DNA of 45,217 nucleotides from Seison nebaliae (Eukaryota): NCBI GenBank assembly GCA_023231475.1, contig JALJEE010000993.1, positions 1 to 45,217 of the forward strand, read 5' to 3'. Shown piece by piece: positions 1 to 12,749 of this stretch (position 1 is its first letter; each line of letters starts with the position of its first letter). The notes under the pieces were generated by a model. It saw only the letters and a program-made list of their open reading frames with translations, ran no database searches and was not told where the DNA came from. The position numbers and the translations under genes were made by a program.

Positions 1-2850
1 TGTAGTATTATGGTGTCAAGTGAAAGTTTCCAGAGTTCAATATGTCCAAAAGTACGTAAGAATCTTGTCGTTAATTTCGTTTGCGTTAAACACCCAAAAT
101 TTGTAAGTTATGTTGGAAGCACAGTACCAGAAAGTTCGCCAACAGCCATAGACATAAAAGATTACTTTAATCTACCTGAATTTAAAGATAAGACTCCAAC
201 TGAAATCGATCAAATGATTCCTCAATTATACGAACAGATCGGTGAAGGAGAAGTGTTAAATAACATAACCCGTACCGAGCCTATATGTGATACACAAGTT
301 TTAGAACTTAAATGTGGTAGTGGAGAATTAATGCACATTGTTTCTGCATTTTATGGAAAACCTGAAGCTAATAAGAAATATGGCAATTGTCTTTCTATTG
401 ATCGTGTAGCTACCAACTTTCCTTGTTTTGATCGTGATGCTCTCAGTAAGATTAAGGATGTTTGCGAATACACCGAAATTTGTAACATATCTCCAAATAA
501 ATTATTGTCATCCGGAAGGTCGTGCAACGGAATTACGCAAAATTTGATTGTCGATTTCGTTTGTGTCGGTTTAGAGAATGTTGAAGCTCAGGACATGATT
601 CTCCACCCTAACAAAGTTAATGAAAATGATCCTATTATGTCTCAAAATAATAACCTTGAAGACTATATAGTAGGCAAAAATGATAAGGATAAATTGAGAG
701 CCACCGAAGAATATTATACTGATTTAACTGGTGACCTCATTATGGGTACAAAAAATAAACCACTTTGTGATGGACAAAAACTGACAATTCAATGTAAACC
801 AGCCGACAAAATTCATATTGTGGGAGCATTTTACGGTAAGCCAAAATCAAACACACAATATGGTTCTTGTCAGAAAATTGATGCCGTAAAAGGATCTTTT
901 CCATGTAGCAAAGTCAATATAATGGCCGTTGTCAAAGAACAGTGCGAAGAAAGAAATAGTTGTGTTTTGGTCGTAGATGATGAAAATTTAGCCGTGGCGA
1001 GTTGTATCGGTATAAAGAAACATTTGATAGTTTCTGCTGTTTGTTTGGATCTATCAGACCAAATATCAGTGTTAGGTATAAATGTTGATGATACATCTGA
1101 ATATGCAAATAAGAAAGAAGTACCTGATGTAAATGATAAAAGTTTATCAGCACCTGACAACTTTTACGAGTCTATTACAAGTTCCAAGCCGAAATCGTAC
1201 ACAATTTCTCCTCCAGTGTGCGACGGTCAAAAATTAAAAATTAAATGCACAGGAGAAAATAATCTAATTCATGTGATATCGGCTTTCTATGGTAAGCCTA
1301 AGGCTGATACAAAATATGGATACTGCAGAAAAAGAGATTTTATGGAAAGCCAATTTCCCTGCTATTCTTCAAGTATTTTAACAGTTCTATCGAACAAATG
1401 TGAAACTCGTAAATCATGTTCGATTAAAGTCGGTAATTCACTTGCCAATAACCCCGATTGTCAATTGATAGAGAAACATCTTATTGTCAAATTTGTTTGT
1501 GTATATCATAAGCCTGAGGAACCAGTAAGTACATTACCACCTGTTTTAACAACAAAACCGCTTATTACGTCAAGTCCAAAACCGATTTCTTCTACAACTG
1601 CGAATAAAATCAGTACTACTATACAACCAATAGGTGGCACAAAGCCTAAAAATATTGACTATGTTCCACATCCACAATTTCCACCAGGATGGATTTCACA
1701 ACCGACCATTATAAGTATTCAGCTCATGCCATACAGAATTGCAACATATCCCCAAATTAATATTAAGGAATGTTTATCTTGTTGCTACTTAAACCCTGAA
1801 GTTCATTTTACTCATTCTTTCACTCACTAATCCCATTAAAGTGTTCAAGTTTCATCTATCAGAACAGCGCATCATCTTGTCACCACTTTAACCAATCAGT
1901 GAAAGTTCCAGAGAATAATGCACCAGGTATACTAAAAGACTTATATTCGGAATATAGTTTGGCTTATTGAAATTATCAAATTTCCATTATATATTTTATT
2001 AAATTTCAGGGCCTAGAACCTCACTACCACTTCCAATAAAAGGTTTTTAATTTTAAAATAATCAATTTTTAATTCTAAACAAATTCCATGAATTTAGATG
2101 ATACTATACAAATGAATAATAACATCACAACTAAATACAATTCAAGTTTCTTAACACATCCATTGGGTTAGAAATTTTTAAATATAATTATATTAATTAA
2201 TATAATTATTTTTATTAAATAAATTTTTATCAAATATTAGATTGGCAATGGAATCAGAAATTTGTTCATCTGCCACAACATATTAAACCCATTCAGACAC
2301 TACCAATATCAAACTCACATGATTGTCAAATGAAATGTTTAGACACCGTTCGTTGTTTGAGTATCATGTTTGAACCGCAACAATCAGCTTGTTCGATGTA
2401 TCCGATGAATTCGTTGTATACACCAAACATGTTGAATCAAGTTCAATCGAATCAAGGAGGATATCCTCTCATGGAAATGTATCCGCCACTCCCACCAAAC
2501 GGTGGTCCAAATCAACTGAATTGGCGTAGTTTCCAGAATATGGCGGCACCATGTCCTAATAACTCAGAAGAACAAAGTTTCGAGTCATGTAAACATGATT
2601 GTACGATGGATGATAACGTTATCAATTCTTTTATCATTTAATTCACCTATTTTTAGTGTCGTGGTTTCTCTTATGATTTCAAACGTGGTTTCTGTTATCC
2701 AACTCACTACTCCACCTTAGACGTCCCCAAACATACCAAATATCATAGAACAAGTAATTTGTACGAAAAATTTGGAAAAGGTTTTTCTCTTGTTTAAAAT
2801 TTCCAAAAATTCATTTTTCAAATTTTGTTTTAGCAAACTCGGGATATTAA
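1..2850 (+). CDS. Extracellular multidomain protein: at least 4 SUEL (galactose/rhamnose-binding) lectin repeats, Pro/Thr/Ser-rich linker, 3 PAN/apple-like domains; 5' end lies upstream of the window
   Basis: The ORF shows repeats of C-D-x-Q-x-L-x-x-x-C...H-[IV]-[VI]-[SG]-A-F-Y-G-K...C...C...C...C...C-x5-[NH]-L-I-V-x-x-V-C. After an intron at 1801 the spliced exons give PAN-type patterns (ECLSCCYLNPE|CSSFIY...C, DCQMKCLDTVRCLSIMF...C, SCKHDCTMDDN|CRGFSYD...C...LYEK). Six GT-AG introns; stop TAA at 2848-2850. Confidence 0.85.
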
Positions 2851-2928
2851 GAAATTTAAAAGCCGAAAATGAACTGTAGTATATGTGTATGTGAATGTTT
2901 ATTATTTTCCTGAATTATAAAATTTCTT

Positions 2929-3984
2929 CTAAATATTTCTCCAACTTACTTTCTGTTTCGTTTTTAACATTTCCATTTGAACTTTCAGTGGCTGATGTTG
3001 GAGTAGAGGATTAAAATTACTTCTTTTCATTTCAGCTGGAATGACATTCCAAGGTTCGACGATCCAATCCTCTTCCAACCTCGTAGCGTTAGGTTTCAAC
3101 TCTCTTGAAATGACTGTCATTCCTGTATCGGGCACTTGTTTCCCAAGAACAAACATGATTTCATCAGTATAATCTCGAATATCGACACCTAAAAGTTCTT
3201 GGGTAGCTGCCGCTAATGTACCTTTATGACCACATATCAATACATTTAAATCTATAAAAACGATTGAAAATTTTTTTTTAAAATATATAATTAATAATTA
3301 TAAATAATTAATAAATATGTATAATTCAAATATAATTAAATTAGAACTGGTTGATGGAAGTGAATTGACCATATTAGTTATGGCATTATAATTCCGTTGA
3401 AAATAGTGGGGCATATTTTCATTACGAAATCTTTCCAACTGGTTTATTGTACCACAAGCTTTATAATTGTCATTTACAACGGTTTGTACAGCGTCTATGA
3501 AGGTAATTGATAAGAGCTTGAAAAAAAAAGAGGGAAAACTTCGCAATTCCGTCATCGATAGAAATTGGGGTACTCGAGAAGAACAACCGAAAAAATCAAA
3601 TAAAAATGGTTCGATACCTATTGCTAATTCTCGTTGATGATTTGCTTTTAAAATATTGGTGATCGACTGTACACATCTTAAGGCTGGTGATGAAAAAGCG
3701 GCGGAAAAGTTTATTCCTTGACTTTTGAAATATTGCCCCAATAATCGACATTGATAATGACCGAGAGATGTCAATGGAGGATCAAATAAATGATCTTCTT
3801 TACTCCTAGGATAAATGTTGAGTGGCAAATTTAAATTATTCCTATTAAGGGCTGAGAATAAATTTTTTTTTTTTTATTCAATTGATATTATTTAACCTCC
3901 ATTCGTATCAAATATTTCATTCACCCATTCATCTCCAAAATAGTCATCCATTCGCTGACCATGACACACCACGAACAATCTCAT
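2929..3984 (-). CDS. Stand-alone histidine phosphatase (PGM superfamily, UBASH3/STS-like phosphatase domain)
   Basis: Spliced product contains MRLFVVCHGQRMD, DPPLTSLGHYQ, FSSPALRCVQS, IEPFLFD and VLICGHKG. Three short introns. The 3' end is uncertain because a further gtaagt intron near 2949 is possible. Confidence 0.85.
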
Positions 3985-4928
3985 ACTGATAATAAGTTGA
4001 ATGAAAACGTGAAATAATTGAAGAGTAACCGTGAGATTTCCATTTTTGAATATTCTGAAATCTTGAAATGAAATAAGAAACACTAACAAGCGATATATGA
4101 AATTGCAAGTTTAAATATGACATAAACTCTTATATAGAATTATTGGACTATGTGAATTGTAAGAACAATGTAAAATGTGTAAAGTACAAATTTCATGAGA
4201 ATTTTATTGTAAATTAAAATTTTACATTTTTCTTCATTTCTTATTCTTATTCAATCGCGAATAAACAATTATTCAATAATATCAAACTCTTTTTAAAATT
4301 AAATGAATATATCCAAACAAATTACACATGTTTTTATCGTATTTATTTTATTTTATTATAAACAATGAAAAGAGTTAATGAATATTTTATTATTATATAA
4401 TTATATTATTATTATACTTCTGACTATTTTAATGAAAGATTAATTAAATTATTTCTAACAATTTTCTATTTCAAATTTCTACTTGGAAAATATGCACAAG
4501 TAAATAATATGTGCACTATAATTAATGTTGAATGAATATTGTTGATTTTAAATTCCTTGGTCAAATTTCTTATAGAATTATTTGAGAACAATAATAAGAA
4601 AGAGAGAGAAAAATGTGTGAAAGTTTTAGGACAGATAATAAGAAGAATGAAGGAAATCAAATAGATTTAATCGAATACTCAATCTTCTTTTTTTTAAAAA
4701 ATGGGAAAATTTATAATATTTTAATTTCTCCATGTCTCATCGTGAAATGTGACGAGAAATGAATGAAGAAGCGAAATGAAATAATTGTGAAGTGTTAAAT
4801 GTGAAAAGTAAAATAGACTTTGTTGTCAGAACTAAAAGGAAAGTAAGAAAGGAGAGAAAGTCAATAAATAAATTGAGATAAATGGATTGACAATAATGGT
4901 TAGATCGAATCATCTCTCGAATATCTCG

Positions 4929-5192
4929 TTATGTGTCATATTCCATGTTCAATTGTTGTCGAACGAGCCAACCAAGAGCGTCAGCTCCATTGAGGAAATT
5001 TCTTTTGTTTCTTCCACTAACTTCCTTCGCCATTCTGATCAATTTCTTCAATTCTTCAGTAAAATATTCTTGATCGTGATTGGAAGCGACTGAACGTTTT
5101 GCGTCCGATCGAATTGATGCCGATTGAATGGTCATAGTGAGACATGCCATAATCATCATGAAGCAGGTGATGGCGGTGAAATGTAATTTCAT
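4929..5192 (-). CDS. Probable neuropeptide/peptide-hormone precursor (87 aa)
   Basis: Signal-peptide-like N-terminus MKLHFTAITCFMMIMACLTMTIQS, two KR dibasic sites, and G-R (possible amidation) before the second KR. Confidence 0.65.
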   Translation of the reverse strand: MKLHFTAITCFMMIMACLTMTIQSASIRSDAKRSVASNHDQEYFTEELKKLIRMAKEVSGRNKRNFLNGADALGWLVRQQLNMEYDT

Positions 5193-5908
5193 TGTGTGGG
5201 GAAATTCACTCGTTCTCAAATCTCTAAGGGAGATGCACACATCAAAATGAAAGGGAGAAATTAGATGAATTGAAAATTGAAGATAATTCACTGAAAAAAA
5301 TTGAGGAATGATAGGGAAGAAATTTGTTTTCTGAAATGACTTTCTTTTTTCACACGAGAAAAGAATCGTCGTAGTTTTTTTCTTTTAATTTCTCTTCTTT
5401 TATATTGAATGTCATTTCCTTTAACTAGCAAATATTTGAAGATCGTTAGCATATCATTAGTTGATGGAATGGAACGTGAAATATAAAAAAGAAAATGAAT
5501 AATACAAATTCCTGAAATATATACCATATCGTTTGGATTTAGACTTGATGTGTGTTGGCGTCGACATAAACTCTTTTCGCTCACTCCCTTTTCAATCTAC
5601 CAAATTCGATGGACGGATTTTAAAGTAGAATGAGGAGAAAGTCAAAATAATATTAGCACGAATTCGAATGATTATTATTCTGACGATTATGAGTTTGGTT
5701 AATAACGAATGAATTTATTGGATATGCTAACGATGTTGTTAGTGCACACATCTCATTAATATTCAATTTCACATCTTATAACGATGTCAAGAAACAAAAT
5801 TCTATCTACTTTTCTCTCATTGTTCTTTATCTAATAAGATTCTTAACGAGAGATCTTCCTATCTCCCGTCTTGTCATTATTATTATGTTACTTACAATGA
5901 AGTTGTTG

Positions 5909-5940
5909 AAAATGCACAGAAAATGCACAGAAAATGCACA
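5909..5940. repeat. 11-bp tandem repeat (AAAATGCACAG) x3
   Basis: Visible directly in the sequence. Confidence 0.8.
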
Positions 5941-6606
5941 AAAGTTTATAAGGATATTTCTCATGTTTGTTGAAGAAGTAAAAATGACCAATGAAGAAAA
6001 GTTAATCGATAAATCAATTAAACTAATATTCGAATTAATTAAAGTGAATTTGAAGGAGAAATGAAATAAATGAATTTGTCTGAAAGATTGGAAGGAGAGT
6101 GGAATGGAGAATCATAAAAGTCTTTCATATTTATGTTCCGTTAGTCGTCATAACACAGATATCACATTTCGTTTACAAATTACATTTAAATACAAAACCA
6201 ATTTACTTTCTATTTACTTGGTCGTTGATGGGAGTTAAGGGATTTAAAGAGACTTCACTGAAAAATGAATAAGATCAGATGACACAAAGATCCATCAGAT
6301 CGACTGCACAAATGAACAAGAGAAGAGATTGTTGAAGAAAGGAGAATTGTATGGAGATAATGGAGAAAAAGGAAATATATTTCAACATTCATTTTGACGT
6401 TGCTCGCAATGATGAAGTGAGAGGAGAATATCCGTTTGCCATTGATGGATGACAGTTGTTGGAATATTAGTCGGAATATTATCTTTCTCCTCAACATTCG
6501 ATTCTCTTTCAAATAATCTAATGAATGTTTTGTCGACGTTCCACTACTCATTAGTTGGGAGGAAAGGAAATTATCTTTTCTAGATTTTTATTCATTACTT
6601 TATTCA

Positions 6607-9600
6607 TCATCGTCGTGATGATTGGGAAAAGAAATCTTTTTCTATTTCAGTTAGTAAGTCCAAATCATCTTCTTCTAATTCACCACACGTCTTCTTCTCC
6701 AATTTCTTCTCATTGTCTCTCTCATTCTCATTATCCATCTCAGTCGTCAAAACGTCTTCAACAATAATCTTATCATTCCAATTACTGACAATTGGATAAG
6801 CTTCTTCTTTTGTCATATCTTCTGAAAAACTCTCATTTCTTGATGATTCCGAAGAACTAGTTATTCTCGTTAATTTATCATGAGATGATTTCTCCAATTT
6901 CTCGTCATTTTTCTCATTCTCGATATTTGACTCATTTAATGAAATTTCATCCACAATTTCTTTATTATTCATTTTAATCGAATTTTCTGATAATTGAAAT
7001 TTTATATGTTTTTCATTTTCATCCAAAATATTTTCGTCTTTTTCAAATTTCTCATCATTATCATCAGATTCGATAATATCTGGATTTTGACATGAATCAT
7101 CGAGATCGACGAGATCGGACGATGTAGTTTGAATTGATGTTTTCTTTTTATCCTCATAAGATTCGATCAATTTCAATTCTATTAATTTCTTTCCGATTTT
7201 CTTCATTTCACATCGTCGAATTGTCTCGTCTTTCAATTTCAATTGTTTAATGATAATTTTCAAATCTTTCACAGATAATCGAGTCTCGTCTTCGAAATGT
7301 AATTTGAAAATCTCTTCCAAATATTCCACACGATTATTTATCCAGAATTCCAATTTCTTATTTGGATCGATCGGTTCAATTAGTTCCAATTCTAACAATC
7401 GTTTTTTAATAACTCGTTCACTTTTTCTTATACTCAAATGCTCCGCTAAATAACTGACACAGTCGGAAATATTTTCCTTCTCGTTCAAATTCGTTTGAGG
7501 GAAATCAATTTTGAATTGTTCAAATAATAATTTCAACTCATCATCATCAGTTTGATGCCAATGAGATAATTGTTTCTCTTGTCGTTTCTTCCAAAGGAAT
7601 TCATTCTCTTTTCCATATTGTAAATGTGCCGCCAAATGAGCTCGTTTGGGGAGGAGACAACGAACAATATATTGAGGCTTCTTCCCGATATATTTGGTGA
7701 ATTCGGATAGAACTTGAACAGAAATCGAATATAAATTGAAATAATTTCTCTCGTCGTCATTTACTTTCTCTTTTTGAGTTTTCCTACGCATTTTTAATTG
7801 GAACGATTGATATGATGCACGTGCCATCTCGTCATGACATATGCGGTCGAATAATCGGAGACTATTCAAATTGAACGAACAAAAAAGGAATAATTTCGAT
7901 TTATCGAACAATACTCGTCTCACCAATTTAATGAGGGAACGTAAAGAATCACTTAACAATTCTTTGTAGTCGTTCAATAAGAAGAATAACCATTTTGTGA
8001 AAATTGGCGATGTCAATCGATCCAGTATCAAATCATAATCGAACGATACAAATTCCATATTATACAAATTATCATCATCATCATCATCAATATCGTTATC
8101 ATCATAATCGTGTAATTTTGAATATTTTTCAAAAATCTCTCTCAATATCTTCAGAATAAATTTGTTGTTGTCATTGTCGGTTTGAAGGATGTTGTTCTCC
8201 ATTAATTGTTCCAATAATTTTCCATCATCCATACCATCATTTATGGGATATCTGTTCTCCATCAATTGTCCATATTTTTTAATTAATAAATCGACCACTT
8301 TAATTCCGTTGGCGAATGAATGACCGTCTCTCATCAACTGATAAATATGTCGTTCAATTTGGAGCCATTGTTCATTGATGGTATTTTCCATGTTCTCTTC
8401 ATCTCCTTCTCCGACCAGGTCGATTGGAAATTTTTCGTCTGAAAAATTCTTTCCATTCATTCGAATGATGTTCTCAAATAGTTGGGAAGTTGATGGATGA
8501 AGATCGATTGATTTCTTCTTTTTTTTATTTTTTCTCTTTTTCTCCTTTCTCTCCAAATTATACAATTCTTGTCCTCTTATCCACAAATCGACTATCTCCA
8601 GAAGGAGTAATAGAATTGTTCTATCAATTAAATTGAAATAATTTAAGAGAATAAAATTCAAATAATAAACTTATTTAATCGATGTAAAGTGAATTGTTGA
8701 AGCCAATTGAAGATTTGATCAGTATATTCATTATAAGAGTAAATTTCAATTTCCTTCTTAACGACCAGATTGAAAGCGACATTATTCTTCTCTTTCAATT
8801 GACGGACGTGAGAGAATAAGCGCAATATCGAATGTATGACATCCAACGATAATTTGAATCTGAAAATTTTTTATAGTCAGTAAATTTAAAAAGGAAATGA
8901 TTTGTGAAGTGTGAATGTCTCTCGATTATTACATGAATGAAATGGAATTTTTTTTTTTACCAATTAATCTCATTTAAATGGCAAAATGAAATTCGAACTT
9001 TTCTTCTAAACAAATTTTTCGAAAAACTAATTAACAAATAACTAATACTCCCACTCATACGATCATATAATGATCATCGTTAATAAAAGTAAATAACTTT
9101 TCTTTCGACGTTTTGGGAGCTAATTTAATTTCATCGAAACTTTTGTTCGCTTCTCGGAAAATGAAAGTGAGAAAATCAACAGAGAGATGTCGATCCACAC
9201 TACCCAAATCCTTCTCCAATCGACCACAATTATTTGACGTGTTCATCCGTCGAACGTACTCCAAACAATACGTCGTTACGTAGAGAAATGTCAAATGATC
9301 TTCTTCTAAAATTTCAGAAGAATTCTTCAATTTTTGTCCGACATTCCTCATGAATTGTGCATGAATTTTCAAAAAATTCTTCATGAATTTCCGAATAGTT
9401 TCGAAGAATTTCATTTGCAAGTCGTCGTCATCTCCATCACATTTGAGCTGCATTTGAATTCGAGTCGATGTCAACAAACGATTAAGTCGCTGGTCTTTAC
9501 TTTGTTCCTCTTCCAGAATTGTTTTGTTCTTGTACCGTCTTAATCGTTTCGCTTCATGTTTATAAGTTATTTGTTTCTCGTTCGTCGCATTTGGAGGATG

Positions 9601-11228
9601 GAGAAACACGCGATTCTTATTCTCTTCTTTATTTTTCTGCTCGTACATTCCTCCGAAATCTGTGTGACTATTGTTGAAGGTGTGAAATTGAATTGATGAC
9701 GAAGAAAATGAAATTAAAATATTGACCGAATATTTTCTCGTTTTCTTTTATTGCGACGATTGTTTTGAGATTGAAGAGCATTCTCTAATTGTCTAGTGAA
9801 TTGAAGTAGTTGTTGAAAATAGTTCATAAAGAAAACTTTGTTATTTCTTGAATTAACGGATTACTGGCAGCAGTAACTATTGATGTCGATGATGGTTCTT
9901 CCGTTTCCATTTCCTTTAATGACGTTACATTAAAATTTCTTTTTATTTTCTTATCTTTCGAATACATATCAGTAAATGAAACTAATTCATCTACTTTCTA
10001 CAAAATTTTATTTTAATTAATCAATCATTAATTAATACATTTAATAATGGTAACGATGTTTGAGAGAATCGAGTAGATGATGTCAAGTGCGAACAAATAC
10101 AAATTGATTTCGTCATTCAATTCTTCATTCGACATAATAAATAATAGAAGGGGGAAGAAATTGGTGGTAATGAGACATCTGCACTAAATGTGCACTAAAT
10201 TGAATAAATTAGAAGGAAACTTGATAAATTGTCTTTGGAAGAGGAGTACGTCTGATCGATAAGTTTCCGTATGATAATGTGTGTCAATGTGTACGTGGAG
10301 CATGTTGCGGATGAATATCAGTATTCGTTCCAACAACTTCCGTTTATCGTCCACGTAAATTTCTTCATTCTAACACGTAGAAGTGAGATAAATGTGGAAA
10401 GAATAAATTTGAAAAATTTTAGATAAATAAAAAATTAAAAAAAGATGATAGACGAGATAATGTTAAGAATAAGATTACAAACATTTTCCAACGAATATTG
10501 AAACAGTTTCATTAAACTCTCCAATAACAATTCGTCACAACAAAACTGAAAAATTTCACACAAATAATTTGTTAGAAATAGAATGAGATAAACATCTTTC
10601 ATTTCCTGAATTGTCGATTGGAGATAAAGATATTCTGAATATTCATTCTTATTTGTCGGCACTTCTCGTTTGTAACATAAGAGTGCTGGTTTCGATAAAT
10701 CGGCTAATAATCTTTTTTTTATTAATTTTGAAATTAAAAATATTTAAAATTCATATAATAACAACAAGAACAATTAAGATTAACCTAAGAGATAAATTGA
10801 AGATACATTGATCCACTTCTTCATCATTCATCACATTCTCCGTCTCCTCCTCATTTTCTGTGTCGACTAATCGTTTCGTTTTATTCCTCTCACGAATTTC
10901 ATTTTTTTTCTCCTTCTGTTTCTCTTTGGGAAGGAATTGAATGAAAACATCATTTTCCAGCAACTTCAACAACGGAATCAGATGTTTCTGAACGATCTTC
11001 AATCGAATCATCTCTCGACGACATTTCATCGTCTCCGTATCCATTCGTAACACTCGTTCCAATTCACGCAATGACGCTTAATTGAGAATTAATCAGATAT
11101 TTTATTCAAATCTTACACGAACCATAACAATCAGCATCTCGAATATAAATGTTTCGCGATTCATCCAAATAGCCGATGGAGGAGACGATCGCTTGAATTT
11201 GATGAGTTCTTCTCGATTTGAAATTCAT
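6607..11228 (-). CDS. TIMELESS: Timeless/Tof1-family replication fork protection protein (11 exons)
   Basis: N-terminus IQAIVSSIGYLD...IYIRDADCY|ASLRELERVLRMDTETMKCRREMIRLKIVQKHLIPLL, then LRLLADLSKPALLCY, LLERILIFIRNMLHV and RHTDFGGMY. Two Myb-like repeats (WHQTDDDELKLLFEQF...RVIKKRLLELEL) and an acidic tail. Ten GT-AG introns restore the frame. Confidence 0.9.
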
Positions 11229-11837
11229 CCACTCTCTGATGTACAAATTGAATAATTTGATAATTTATCTATTTTTGAACCGATGCGAAAATAGAAAATC
11301 TCGTTGGAAATTCTTCTCGTTATTTTTAAGATTTTTCTAAAAAAAGTTTCTATTTCCTACAAAATTGAAGCTTCGTTTCATCCATCTTCTCTTATTAAAC
11401 TTCCATTTCCAAGGTTTTTCATATTCAAAAATATAACTTTATTCTATATTATAAAATCAATAATTTATATTTCAATTTCTAATGTTTAATCTTATGATGT
11501 AATTTTTTTCTTTTATTAATCATCATCATCAAAATGAGTAAATCACAATTGAAGGGGAATATATTATAGTTGTTGTTATTATTTCTATGGGGGCGAAAAT
11601 ATCATAAAAAACTATAGACAACTTTAGCGGTGCTATGAATTGCTTAGTTGGATAAACTACCTTTCTTTGGGTTGTGGGAGAATGTTTCCTCAATTTGTTA
11701 TTCAGACGACAATTTGCCGACTTAACAAATATATTTATTCGAACAATAAATAAATGTGAAACTTATCAGATAATTGTTAATCAACTTTTGCATAAGTCAT
11801 TTCTTATTCACTCTAATCCAATTTATAACACGATATA

Positions 11838-12478
11838 ATGTCCAATAGTCTAATGTTCCATTTTCCCTATCTAATTGTCTCATTGTCTTTAATCTTAATA
11901 CTTGGTGTTGATGGAAATTTATTAACTCCAAAATATTTCCAATACAATACTAGTTATGTAATTATCAGAGGTTTTTGTGCTAATGGCAGTTACAGTTATG
12001 AAACAGCCGTGGGACAGTGTGGTAATTCTTATAAAATTCCCTTCTTCTTTAATACACGATTCAATCACGAAATGACAAATGAATGTCATCCTAAGACCTA
12101 CTTTATGAAACATACAGTGGTTGACGGCCTAGCTATGATAAATCGAGGTATCAATCGGCCTCTGTTCAGTACCAGAGTTGGAATGAGAGATTCAAATAAT
12201 AAACATTTAGTGCGCAATTCTAATGGTTTCCAGTTGACCTCGCTTGCTACTAGTTTAGTCTGCATAAATTATTGCCGGCGATTTTATGACGATGTTCGGT
12301 TTAAGATTTTCAATACCAATCTTACAGGTTTCTTTTTCATTTTTTCTTCTTTCGAGTTACATTGGTAAATTTATCGGATAAAGTGAGAGAAGGTGGTGAA
12401 ATGAAAAAATTTCGCAAAATAATGGATCGATTATGTTTCACCAAAGAGCATGAGAATTATGAAATAGATTCAATTTAA
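11838..12478 (+). CDS. Secreted 6-cysteine protein of unknown family, paralog A
   Basis: Hydrophobic signal peptide. A short intron near the 3' end (gtttct...aaag) leads to a last exon ending LCFTKEHENYEIDSI*. The paralog at 13576 has the same structure. Confidence 0.8.
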
Positions 12479-12643
12479 TATATATTCAATTTATTTAATA
12501 TATAATTTTCCTAACAATTTCTAGAATAAATTTTTTGTGTAATATGAATTTTCTCAATTAAAACTTTCGAATCTTCCAAAATGACTTTCTACAAATTAAC
12601 TTTCGATTATTTCAACAAAATATCACAGTATGAACATGTCAAT

Positions 12644-12736
12644 TAAATTGAAGATATATTGATCTACTTCTTCATCATTCATCTCATTCTCCATGTCGAC
12701 TAATCATTTCGTTTTGTTCCTCTGGCGAATTTCATT
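12644..12736 (-). pseudogene. Degenerate copy of part of Timeless exon 2
   Basis: Aligns by eye to 10793-10903 with substitutions and an ~18-nt deletion. Confidence 0.85.
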
Positions 12737-12749
12737 CCTTTCCTACGAG

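Noticed and set aside
6255..6551. 98-aa minus-strand ORF, or a small spliced gene directly after the Timeless stop
   Set aside because: No recognisable motif, and the alternative spliced reading would overlap the Timeless stop. More likely 3' UTR; needs RNA data.
10179..10201. Duplicated atttagtgca at a Timeless acceptor suggesting a 26-nt intron
   Set aside because: Only the distal gtgcag acceptor (42-nt intron) keeps the frame open.
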